From NCBI GenBank assembly GCA_964016885.1, contig OZ024742.1, positions 278,442,001-278,506,000 on the forward strand: a DNA stretch of 64,000 nucleotides. Direction: 5' to 3'. The first letter of the stretch is position 1. Each line of letters starts with the position of its first letter. The position numbers and the translations under genes are program-made. This stretch comes from Eledone cirrhosa. Taxonomy: Eukaryota. This document shows positions 1-12,798 of the stretch, one piece after another. Under the pieces are notes generated by a model that was not told the DNA's origin, did no database searches, and saw only the letters and a program-made list of their open reading frames with translations.

Positions 1-399
1 GTGATTCTGTTATTCATTTGTCTCGTTCTTTTCATTGTAGATGTTTTTGTTGTTGGTGGTGGTGTTGCCATTTCTATAGTTGCTGTTGCTGTTGTACTTG
101 TGGTTGATAGTGGTAATGATGTTGATCTTGATAGCTTTGCTGTCACTGCCGTGATTGTTGTTATTGATACTATTGTTGCTGTAGTAGGTAGTGGTGATGG
201 ATGATTTTTCTGTTGCTGGTGGGAGTATTCTTGCTATTGTTGCTGTTGGTAGTTTTCATATTGGATGGAGCGGTGATGGTGCTGTTGTCGTCACTGCATT
301 ACCGAGCGCCTCTGATTTGATGTATATATTTGTATGTTTGGGTTTTGTTTATGTACATGTGTCTCTATCATTATTCCCAGAGTACTCTCAACACAATCG

Positions 400-1155
400 T
401 CTAAGGCCAACAATTTAAGGGGAAGAGAAAATTGATGATATCGACTCCACCTCTTAACTATTATTTAATTTTATCGAACCCAGATGGATCAAAGTCAAAG
501 TTTACCTTGCAGTGATTTGAACTCAGACAATAAAACATTCTAGAAATTCTTTTAAGCATTTGTCCAATGTTCTAACGATTTTGCTAACCTACTGCAATAC
601 TTCAATTTCTAAACTGATGATTTCTAATCTCGGTACAAGTTCGACAATGTGTCGGGCCTGAAAATTCGATTATATTGACCACAGTTCAGGCAAACTTAAC
701 CTCAGCGGGATTGGAACTCAGGATGTAAGTATTCGCAACAAATACTGCTAAGCATTTGTCCATTGCTCTAACGATTCCACTAACACCCTGCAAAACTACT
801 GTTACTAATAATGGTTTCTACTATTGGCATAAGGCCAGCAAGTATTCCAGTACGCTACTGATACTTTATTTTATAGACCCAGTAAGGATGAAAGGCAAAG
901 TTAACCTCGGCGGGATTTGAACTTAGAACGTAGGGCCGTAATTCTATGCTGCAAAGCATTGTGTCTGACGCTCTACCGATACTGACAATCAACCGCCATA
1001 CTACTGTTATAAATAATGGTTAAACACAAGGCCAACAATTTGGGGGAAGGGGAAAGTCGATTAAATCGACCCCAGTGCGTTACTGGTCCTTTATTTCATC
1101 GACTATCTAAGGATGAAAGGCAACGTTAACCTCGGTTGGATTTGAACCCAGAATA
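400..1155 (-). mobile_element. Cluster of degenerate tRNA-derived SINE copies (family 1); best copy ~811-997
   Basis: Reverse complements of the SINE seen intact at 8008-8200 (AAGGATGAAAGGCAAAGTTAACCTCGGCGGGATTTGAACT; ACAAGGCCA). Confidence 0.8.
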
Positions 1156-1610
1156 CAAAGCATGTTACCCATTCCTCAGCACTTACACTACTACTACTGC
1201 CACTAATAATACTAATAGTTATTACAATATTATCGAGTTCTATATACAATAATAAAATCAAAAGCAACAATAGTAATCATTCTATGAAACATCGAGTGGA
1301 AACGTAAAATTACTTTAATGATCTTGAGGCATGAACTGTGCAGCAGAAAATATATTTGTTTTTTTTCAATCCATAAACGGATGAAAATTGAAATAATATG
1401 CCTAGAGGAAAATGTTTATTTATTTCTATTCTTTCATCTTGGCTGGCCATCCTGATGTATTCATCTTTATATCTAAGAACTATGCAGTTCATTTCTCGGC
1501 GTCTCCCTTCTCCCCAACCCCTCTCTCTCCCCCTCTATCTCTGTCTTTCATCTTCTTTACTTTTTCTTTCTTTCTATTTTGTTCCTACTCTATCTGCCCC
1601 CTCTCTCTCA

Positions 1611-2205
<595 letters not shown>

Positions 2206-3381
2206 GTTATATGATGTTAGTCTGTTTGTTTGATGGATTTGGGCAAGAAACACTCTAAACATGCACTAAATGAATGACATAGAATCAATATAGTATTTGT
2301 TATCTATAGTCACTGCCTCCTTCGAAATTTAGACGACGTTACCGGCTTTTCAAAACAGTTTTTAGTAATTTTATTCGTATCTTTTTATCTTTTTTCCCAG
2401 GTCTTACATCATCACACACGCACATATACGCTCTCCCCCTTGTTCTAATACACGCCACCATAGTGATTTTTGTAATTTAACGTCATATGTCGTACTGACC
2501 GTCGCCGTCTTCTTCTTCTTCTTCTTCTTCTTCTTCTTCTTCTTCTTCTTCTTCTTCTTCTTCTTGTCTGTATGTAAGTGTTGTTTGTATGTGTGCGTAT
2601 GTATATGTGTGCGTGTATGTATGTATGTATGTATGTATGTATGTATGTATGTATGTATGTATGTATGTATGTATGTATATATGTATGTATGAATGTATGT
2701 ATGGATGGACAAGTGTAGTGTTTGTACCAGAGTTTTCAAGTCGCTGGCTGGACTAAAACGTCACACTCGTTCAGCGCATCGGTAGGGGTTCTCCTACATG
2801 GATATAAAGTAGTGGCCGTACTCGAAAACGAGTGGCAGCCACCATGTACGTATGGATAGCTGGCTGGTAAGTTGGATGGTTGATTGGCAGAATTCTTACA
2901 GTGTCAGACAAAATGCATTGCATTATTTGATCCAGCGCTGGTTCGGCAGTATCGGTAGAAGGTCGGGCGACATGTTTTGCAGCTTAGAGTTACGGCCCTT
3001 TACGTTCTGAGTTCAAATCCCGCTGAGGTTAGCTTTGCATTTTATCCTTAAGGGGTCGCTAAAATAAATCACCATTGCTGGCTTTGTGCCCAAACTAGAA
3101 ACAATTATTTGATCCAGCTCTTTATGTCCTGGTTTCGAATGTAGACTTGGTTATCTTTACATTTCAAACTTGCGATCTTTAAATTAACTTTGCGCTCTCC
3201 TTCAAATTTCTGGCTTTGTGGTAAAAGTAGAAACAATTAATATATTTTAGGCAGTGGATTGACAGAATCGTTAGAGCGTCGGACAAAAAGCTTTGTAATA
3301 TTTAGGTACAAACCATTACGTTCTCAGCTCCAATGCCGCAAATTTCAAATTAGCCTTTCATAATTGTGGAGTCGATAAAAT

Positions 3382-3571
3382 AATTGTTTCTACATTTGGC
3401 ACAAGGCCAGCAAATACCCAGTACATTACCGGTACTTTATTTTATCGATCCCGTAAGGATGAAAGGCAAAGTTGACCTCGGCGGTATTTGAACTCAGATT
3501 GGAAAGGGCCGTAACTCTATGCGTCAAAGCATGACGTCCGACCCTCTACCGATACTGCCAATCCACCGCCC
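3382..3571 (-). mobile_element. Full-length family-1 SINE inserted into an older SINE, 18-bp TSD
   Basis: TGGAGTCGATAAAATAAT at 3367-3384 and 3572-3589; the body is the reverse complement of 8008-8200. Confidence 0.9.
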
Positions 3572-3749
3572 TGGAGTCGATAAAATAATGTAACACTAAT
3601 GCACTGTTGGCCTTCTGCCTGAATCAGAAACCATTATTATAACTTTGCTTTCATCCTTACGGGGTCGATAAAATAAAGTACCAGTAATGCACTGGGTAAT
3701 TGCTGGCCTTGTGCCAAACGTAGAAACAATTATTATAATTTCAATAAAT

Positions 3750-4305
3750 ATCTTCATCATCATCATCGTCATCATCATCGTCATGATTATGATCATCATG
3801 ATCATCATCATCACCATCAACATCATCATTATCATCGCCATAATCAACTGCGTCATAATCACCACCACAATCATCACAATCATCATCATCATCGACGTCA
3901 TCATCATCATCAAGATCTTCATCATCATCATCATCATCACCATCACCATCATCATCGTATTCTTCAACGCCGACATCATCATCTGCACCACCACCATCAT
4001 CGTCATCATCACCGCATCACCATCAGCACCACCACAATCACCACAATCATCATCATCATCATCATCAACGACGTCAACATCATCATAATCATCGTCATCA
4101 CCTCCACCAGCACCACCATCATCACATCTTCATTACCCTCCTCCCACGCCTCCCCTCCTCCCCTCCTCCTCCTCCTCCTCATCATCATCAATAACGACAT
4201 GATCGTCATCATCAGCGTCATCATCATGATCGTCGTCGTCATCATCATCATCATCATCGTAATCATCGTCATCATCATCATCATCATCAGCATCAGCATC
4301 GTCAC
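3750..4305. repeat. Degenerate (ATC)n trinucleotide repeat
   Basis: Directly visible. Confidence 0.95.
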
Positions 4306-4611
4306 CATATTCATTATTACTACAATTCTTGTTATTTGTAATGAAGAATTTCATAGGAATCCCTCGTGACTAGAGAGGGTATGTAAGCCATGTGTGTCTT
4401 AACAATATCTTGACAGGGCTTACAATCTTTCTTTCTTAACCGACAGCCTTCAATGTTAACGGTCCCTCGATGATTGTAGAAATATGGAAGCCATATGTGC
4501 CTGATACATTCACTTAAATATTTTCACTTACGATTCTTTATAATCTCTACCGTCATAATTGTTAAACTCTAATGACTAAGATATACACATAACTAATACA
4601 TACATTACATG

Positions 4612-4651
<40 letters not shown>

Positions 4652-4913
4652 GGTGTGTGTGTGTGTGTGTAGATATACGATTCTTTATAATCTCTACCGT
4701 CATAATTGTTAAACTCTAATGACTAAGATATATACATAACTAATACATACATTACATGTATGTATATATATATATATATATGTGTGTGGGTGTGTGTGTG
4801 TGTGTGTAGATATACGATTCTTTATAATCTCTACCGTCATAATTGTTAAACTCTAATGACTAAGATATACACATAACTAATACATACATTACATGTATGT
4901 ATATATATATATA

Positions 4914-4944
<31 letters not shown>

Positions 4945-5036
4945 AGATATACGATTCTTTATAATCTCTACCGTCATAATTGTTAAACTCTAATAACTAA
5001 GATATACAAATAACTAATACATATATTACATGTATG

Positions 5037-5152
<116 letters not shown>

Positions 5153-5233
5153 CGATTCTTTATAATCTCTACCGTCATAATTGTTAAACTCTAATGACTA
5201 AGATATACACATAACTAATACATATATTACATG

Positions 5234-5283
<50 letters not shown>

Positions 5284-5285
<2 letters not shown>

Positions 5286-5395
5286 AACCAGTAAGACCCC
5301 GATGGCTGAGCTCAAGCCGTTTCGACGGCTAATTCTGGACTAAATGAAAATTTATCCTGGTATTTAAATAGCCGAGCTTCTCAAGGGGTAATTCC
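5284..5395 (-). ncRNA. Inverted copy of the U3-A8 hammerhead (cleavage triplet mutated to AUC)
   Basis: Reverse complement of 6595-6706 with few substitutions. Confidence 0.7.
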
Positions 5396-6594
5396 ATATA
5401 TGGTCAAAGTGATTGTCAAGAGTCAGTAGTAATTCTGTGATTGCAAATTAGTAGGGGAGATGGTGGCTAAACCTGCCAGTAGGAGAAAAAGGGGAGGGGT
5501 GGAGTAGACCCAATCATGCGTGGGGGTGGGGGGTGGGGGTAGACTAGGGCTATAATACCCCACTTGCTGATTTTGCAATGGCTTACCCCTGCTTGCCAAG
5601 GGAGACGTAAGATCTTCTTTTTATTCTTTTATCGCTTCCTTTATTTCCTTCTTCCCCCATCCCTCCTTAGTCCTTCTACCCCAGTTCTTCTTTGTCGGCG
5701 TCTTTTCTCGCCCACCCGAGGCTGTCCTTTGGCCCCTTGTAGCCTCAGTACCCCACCCCTCCCCTAGTCTATGATAGATTTGGCGGACTCCGCTTTTTAT
5801 AGCAGTTGTGTTAGACCTCGGATACTTGCCCCCTTTTCCGACCGCTCCCACTATTTTCCGTGCTTTCCATATTTCTTAGTGGCACTTATGCCTTATTTTC
5901 TCGTTTCAGTATTTCCCTCTTCTCTTTTCTTTTGGGCGGGGTGGATTCTGAATTTATTTTTCCCGTATCCTACCTTTATTTTGTACGAACTTTCATGTAG
6001 CTTGTATAAGATCTTTTAGAGTTAGCATTAGTATATATTTTTTTCGGGACTCAGAATTATTATCTCTTACTAGTTTACTTTGCTGCACTGGGTGGTTGCT
6101 GGCATTGCGCCCGGGAAAGAAACCTTTATTATTTATAGCGTGGTAGTTTCTTTAGTATTTTGGCCCCATTTGTTGACTCGTCACCGTATGATTTACGTAC
6201 TTATACCTCTTAAAAGGGTCCTTGCCTATTCCGTCCCACCTAGTTTATTTACTTATTTCGTTATTTCTTTATTTCTTTCTTTATTTCTTTCTTTCTTTAT
6301 TTATTTATTTATCTAGCCTAACAATAGCTAGAGACTTAGGTCGTAGAACTTGCTTTTATACTTTTTTTCTTTACACTTATTCGCTTTTCATCACTCTCAG
6401 TATTTTTTCGTTCTCCCCCTCCCCAGTATCTTCTTTGACCTCATGCCCAGCTGTAGCTGGGACTACCAACGCATGATTGGGTCTACTCCACCCCTCCACT
6501 TTTTCTTCTACTGGCAGGTTTAGCCACCATCTCCCCTACTAATTTGCAATCACAGAATTACTACTGACTCTTGACAATCACTTTGACCATATAT

Positions 6595-6706
6595 GGAATT
6601 ACCCCTTGAGAAGCTCGGCTATTTACATACCAGGATAAATTTTCATTTAGTCCAGAATTAGCCGTCGAAACGGCTTGAGCTCAGCCGTCGGGGTCATACT
6701 GGTTCC
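6595..6706 (+). ncRNA. Type I hammerhead ribozyme, U3-A8 core variant; predicted cleavage GUC^ after 6689
   Basis: Stem I ACCCC/GGGGU plus GGAAUU/GGUUCC; core UUGAGAA; stem II G-C then CGGCUA/UAGCCG with a branch hairpin; GAAA; stem III ACGGCU/AGCCGU; GUC. Confidence 0.78.
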
Positions 6707-6785
6707 TATTACCCACTCTACTACCCTAAGTATTGAGTACTTTGGTGCGTTATGGTCCACCTGGTTCCTTACCACATTTCCTTCG

Positions 6786-6829
<44 letters not shown>

Positions 6830-6911
6830 AGATATACGATTCTTTATAATCTCTACCGTCATAATTGTTACACTCTAATGACTAATATATACACATAACT
6901 AATACATATAT

Positions 6912-6980
<69 letters not shown>

Positions 6981-7389
6981 AGATATACGATTCTTTATAA
7001 TCTCTACCGTCATAATTGTTAAACCCTAATGACTAAGATATACACATAACTAATACATATATTACATGTATGTATATATATATATATATTCATATATACA
7101 TGCACGCTTCCACACAGAAACACACACATACACACACACAAACACACATACTCACACATTCACAAGCACACACACACACACCCACGCATCCACACCCACA
7201 CGCGCACACACATGTATAGAGGCACACAGAAACGCGCACATACATACATACACACTCACATATACATATATGCATATTTATATATCATTGTTAAAAGAGA
7301 AATCACCTAATTTTGGCGAACGTCATGATTAAATTAATCTGAAAGAATTGTCGTTGGACGAGCACACATAGACACATACACGCACTTAC

Positions 7390-7454
<65 letters not shown>

Positions 7455-8007
7455 GCTAACTACAGCGGGATTTGAAATCAGAACGTAAAGAGTCGTAACT
7501 CTATGCTGCAAACATGGTGTCCGACGCTCTACCGATACTGCCACCACCGCCAACCCACCACCCAGTGTTAATAATAATATTTGGCACAAGGCCAGCAAAT
7601 ACCCCAGGGAATTAGTGGTGCTTTATTTTATCGACTCCATAAGGATGAAAAGCAAAGTTAACCGCAGTGGGATTTGAACTCAGAACGTAAAGAGCCATAA
7701 CTCTATGCTGAAAAGCCTGGTATCTGATGATAAAGAGTAGGAACGGGATGTCAAAGTATCATCACTAAATTTATTCAGGTGAGACGGCCATTTGGCGAAT
7801 GATCTTAACTGTTCTCCTTTTTCTCTTTCTTCCTTTCTTTTTTCCCATATTTGGATATCTCGTTCCTACCTGAGTTCAAATCCATCCGAGGTTAACTTTG
7901 CCTTTCATCCTTACGGGGTCGATAAAATAAAGTACCAGTAATGTACTGGATTAACTGCTGGCCTTGTGCCAAAAGTAGAAACATTTATTATTATTATCAT
8001 TATATGA

Positions 8008-8200
8008 GGGCGGTGGATTGGCAGTATCGGTAGAGGGTCGGACGCCATGCTTTCCAGCATAGTTACGTCCCTTTATGCTCTGAGTTCAAATCCCGCCGAG
8101 GTTAACTTTGCCTTTCATCCTTAGGGGGTCGATAAAATAAAGTACCAGTAATACACTGGTTTAAATGCTGGCCTTGTGCCAAAAGTAGAAACAATTATTA
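8008..8200 (+). mobile_element. Full-length tRNA-derived SINE (family 1); further copies at ~2940-3108, 7450-7730(-), 7871-7990, 25903-26103, 28150-28330
   Basis: Pol III A-box-like TGGCAGTATCGG, B-box GAGTTCAAATCC, conserved central GCCTTTCATCCTT..GGGGTCGATAAAATAAAGTACCAG, ATT-rich tail. Confidence 0.9.
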
Positions 8201-8217
8201 TCATTATATATATATAT

Positions 8218-8250
<33 letters not shown>

Positions 8251-8414
8251 CGTTATTCCGGGTTGAACCGGAGGTAACCACAGTAAGTAAGGTACTCAAT
8301 ACATAGCAGAGTATAACAGTTTTAATATAGATGAGATTCTACAGGACTAGAACTGTTTCATTCATAAGAATCCTGATGATTTCTTATGAAGGAAACAGTT
8401 CTAGTCCTGTAGAA

Positions 8415-8420
<6 letters not shown>
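8251..8420 (-). mobile_element. Short PLE 3'-end fragment with fold-back (hairpin 8331-8420) containing an HHR core; second copy at ~20295-20466(+)
   Basis: 29-bp perfect arms; CTGATGA-T-TTC TTAT GAA-G-GAAA-CAG..CTG-TA at 8373-8411; shared GTATTGAGTACCTTACTTACT.TGGTTACCTCCG end. Confidence 0.75.
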
Positions 8421-8494
<74 letters not shown>

Positions 8495-8496
<2 letters not shown>

Positions 8497-9888
8497 CGTT
8501 TCTGAATTTGTTTAGCAAGATTCTTTATCTGAAAACGTGTGTTGAAACCGATATTGTTATACTTTGGGAGGGTCATGTTGCCAATAAGAAACACACGCAC
8601 CAGAGGTTTTCCTTCAATTTATTATAATAAATTTATAAATTTAGGAATTTATAAATTTCCGGTTGGTTGGTTGGTTGGTTCCACAGCCAGATGATTGTTT
8701 ATATATTGTCAAAGTTCTTTCGTCACACATTCTGTGACCTCTTCAGTGACTGGGGATTCTTTTCTTTGTTTTTGTGCCTCTCCTTTGTTCTGTCCTACGC
8801 CATCTTGTTTTTGTGTGTGTTGCGTGCTTAGTTTGCGCATGTGTCACATCCGGGTGTCTGTGTGTGTTTATATTCGTTTATTCATTAGTTTATTTACATG
8901 TTATGGTTGGTTGTTTGTTCTATGTGCGTGTGTGTTTTCATTTTGTCCTTAATTGTAAGTTGTGATGTTGCTGTTCCATTCATGTTTTCTATTTAATTTT
9001 GGTTGGAGTTCATTTATGTTTATTGCCTCTGTGATTTGTCTAAACGTTGCGTCTTTTCTGTGTGTAGATTTTATTTCTATTTCTATGTTCTCTAATTTAC
9101 CCTAATGTTCTATTTTAGCATGTTGGTAGAGTACAGATGATTCTCTACTATCTTGAAGGTCTCGCCAGTGTTCATTTATCCGTTCCCCTATACTACGAGC
9201 TGTCTCACCTATGTACACTATATTTTTATCTCTACATTGTCCTTCAGTACATCTTATACTATATACTACATTTCTAGTTTTACAGTTAATATGGGGGCTT
9301 AATTTACAGATTATACATTTCTTATCTATACAGGGAGGTTTTTGAAAAAAGCTATGTATTCCTAATAAGTGTTTTTATGGAGGTACCTGGTCTTTCTACT
9401 ATCTTAATATTGAGTTTATGTTTATCTAGGGCCCATCTAAATTTGTAAGGTAATTCACCTCTAGGGGTTGTATCGATGAACATTACACTCTGGTATTTAT
9501 TGCTATGAGTTTATTCTATTAACCTTATTCCTAGTACTTTCTATTCTATTCCAAAATTTGCTCCTATACAAGGGGAAGGTCGCATATGTGTCATTATTTA
9601 CCATTTTTTTCCCATTTGGTTCTGGCTCTTCTATATTGTCTGATTTTATCTCTCTGATTGTAACCAGAGAACTGCATACGGTGGATGAAGTGTTGTATGT
9701 GTCTCTCTAGTCCTTTAGGGTTGCACATGCGGGACACGTTTCTCATCACCCGTACCAAATCCGCAATCAGTATGTTGCCAACCAACCGGAAATTTATAAA
9801 TTCCTAAATTTATAAATTTATTATAATAAATTGAAGTGAAGCACTGGTGCGTGTGTTTCTTATTGGCAACATGACCCTCCCAAAGTAT

Positions 9889-9896
<8 letters not shown>
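8495..9896 (-). mobile_element. 5'-truncated Penelope-like element (RT thumb/linker plus GIY-YIG endonuclease, degraded) with inverted arm ~9780-9896
   Basis: Minus strand reads CIDKKCIIC...NCKTRNVVYSIRC..GQC..VYIGETARSIGERINEH...ITEAINI..LQPKLNRKHEW; 9780-9896 mirrors 8552-8670; flanked by (TA)n. Confidence 0.88.
8708..8750 (-). ncRNA. Minimal type I hammerhead ribozyme in the PLE 3' region
   Basis: GUCA-CUGAAGA-G-GUCACA GAAUG UGUGAC-GAAA-G AA C-UU-UGAC. Confidence 0.75.
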
Positions 9897-9919
<23 letters not shown>

Positions 9920-10012
9920 CGTCAATACTCATCTTTTTCCATTTCTCTGAGGGTTCTTAACCCAACTATCAGGCTAAATAATTTCTTTAGTCAAAAGGGG
10001 CGATAGCTTATA

Positions 10013-10082
<70 letters not shown>

Positions 10083-10109
10083 TATATATATATACAGTAA
10101 ATATATATA

Positions 10110-10298
10110 AGTAGTAACACAACAGTTAGTTCACCATACCGAGAACAATTGTTTCATCTTATGCGGATGTTCAGCTCTAAGGTGAAACAATTGTTCTCGG
10201 TATGGTGAACTAACTGTTGTGTTACTACTTCTAACAAACTCATCCCATGGACTGAGTGCTCTACCACTACGGATATTACCTTCCAATGTTCTACCTCT

Positions 10299-10300
<2 letters not shown>
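10110..10300 (+). mobile_element. Short PLE-end fragment (family D) with 48-bp fold-back and minimal HHR; other copies 38963-39154 and 11667-11712
   Basis: Arms 10110-10157 / 10183-10230; reconstructed CCGAG-CUGAAGA-U-CC GCUAA GG-U-GAAA-CAAUUG-UU-CUCGG (core intact at 38963-38996, minus strand). Confidence 0.75.
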
Positions 10301-10363
<63 letters not shown>

Positions 10364-10508
10364 AGAGCGATGCGTTATGTCCTTGAGCAAGACACTTTAT
10401 TTCACGTTGCTCCTTCTACCTGGAGTTGTGACCGATAGAGAGTACTAGCAATTGGAAAGACCAACGGAAACATTGTTTCCACGGTCCGATTTGACGAAAG
10501 TCGATCGA

Positions 10509-10948
<440 letters not shown>

Positions 10949-11077
10949 GTATATATATATAATAATAATAATAAATTTGAAGACTAAAATCCAAAGAAGG
11001 CTCGATAAGGATAAATATATATCAAATATATAAGAACCGTAGAGCAAATATTTATTAAACTTTAATCTGTTATTTTA

Positions 11078-11142
<65 letters not shown>

Positions 11143-11354
11143 ATTGGAAATCAGTAAAATCGAATCTCTGGCGGTTTGCAAGTAAATTCGGCCTAATTAT
11201 ATGAACTGACGGGTTAGCAAAGCACTCGACAAGATAGGTCTCAGAGTTATAACATACGTTTAAATAGCTTGACAAATCAAACATTGTGGTAGGCTAAACT
11301 AACACACAATACATACCAAAGCAACGAAAAAACTAATCAGGTTGAGAGAAATAG

Positions 11355-11477
11355 ACCTGGACAAATCAAACGAGCGTTTGAAATGTTTCTCTGACTCCGA
11401 AATCAAATATCAGAATTACTTGAATGGCAAGGTCATGGTATTGGTGACTGAACAGAGGACTCAGTTTATCAACAGGT
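11355..11477 (-). ncRNA. Type I hammerhead, U3-A8 variant, second unrelated family
   Basis: ACCUG-UUGAUAA-A-CUGAGUCC...GGAGUCAG-A-GAAA-CA UU UCAAACG CU CGUUUGA UU UG-UC-CAGGU. Confidence 0.7.
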
Positions 11478-11720
11478 TTTCGTTCTGGTTAGAATCAGGA
11501 GTGATAAAATATGTTGCTGCTCTTTTGTCTGCTAATCGAATCTATATTTATCACGTGTTAATTCCGGCAAGGGAAATAACCCCTGGTTTTTGGCGGGTCA
11601 TTCAAATGCTAGCGAATGGAAATATTTTAATTTCCGCTAATCATCATGATAAGCTCTATATATATATACTGAGTGCTCTATCACTACGGATATTACCTTC
11701 CAGTGTTCTACCCCCCCTCC

Positions 11721-11757
<37 letters not shown>

Positions 11758-11789
11758 GATACAGTTATATCTGTGTATATACAGGGTGT

Positions 11790-12445
11790 ATATGCCAAAT
11801 ACACGTATTTCCTCGTATAGCAAAAAAGGTTTTTTAAGTGGGGAAAGGCCTTCCACTCGACCAATCCCACTCTATGACCATCGAACACACTACCCGAAAA
11901 GGAGAATTGGTCAACATCATCGGATGCTTCCAGAGCCGCAGGTTTTTTTTTTCAGTGTTTCCCTCTCCTAGAAAGGTGTGTCAACAACTGGGGGACTTTC
12001 ACTCCCAGGTGGGTGAAACAAAGTACTATTTCGATGGCCGTTGATTATGCTGAGTTCTTCCGCCCTTTGCCGGGTCTTGTATTTCAACCCACAGGGTGTC
12101 CAAATATCACTCTCTTCACCAAGCAAGCTTGGTGAGGTTGTCAGTTTAGTCGTCGACGATCCGACCATGAGACGGGTTGTACTGGGTTACATGTTACCAG
12201 GAGCACTCGAGAGAGATCTGACATACGTACATGCATACATACATGAGGATGGCTGCAACTCGACTGTTGAATCATGAGTATCATGAACGTGGCTTTTTAG
12301 TCCTGCTAAGGACTTGCTTATGACCAGCAATACCATGCATCGCAGAAAAGTCACATATCAAGCGATGTCTGGACTTGAAGCTTTTTTAGGTGAGGAAAGG
12401 CTTTGCACAGGGCCAACCCACTATAGAATAAATTTGCCCCCCAAA
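11790..12445. repeat. Unclassified interspersed repeat (two fragments); homologous copy at ~42240-42560
   Basis: GGCTTTTTA.TCCTGCTA...AATACCATGCATCGCA.AAAA...GGAAAGGCTTTGCA.AGGGCCAA shared between loci. Confidence 0.65.
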
Positions 12446-12798
12446 TAACATACATACATACATACATACATACCTTCTTATTTATGTACATACACACAAA
12501 TATATGTATGCGTATAACACCTATTGAATATGAGTACTTATTTATGTAATATTTAACGACATAGGCCTTCAATCCCAAAGAGTTAGATGTTTAGTTGCTC
12601 GAATAACTGAACACTTATAGAGGAAGCCGACGATGAATCCATTATGAATAAATAATATTGACGAATCTAATCTGGCAGTAAGCATATTATATCAGGCGAG
12701 TCTCTAATCTTCATATATCAAAATATTTCATCTGTCTTCCCAGGATTTGAAAGAATCCACGGAGGCGTTGCGAAGTACATCTATCTATCTATCTAGAC

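Larger units (their letters stand above)
5284..6786 (+). mobile_element. Non-coding 3' part of a Hydra-type PLE with a ~240-bp inverted arm (5284-5521 mirrors ~6469-6706), in (TA)n
   Basis: Inverted repeat is visible; terminal ~200 nt and 3'-UTR start are homologous to the RT-encoding element at 30116-34716. Confidence 0.85.

Noticed and set aside
8008-8095. tRNA gene-like A and B boxes
   Set aside because: No cloverleaf; this is the head of a multi-copy SINE.
11342-11971. 209-aa ORF
   Set aside because: Crosses three unrelated repeat fragments and a microsatellite; antisense to the family F ribozyme; no domain.
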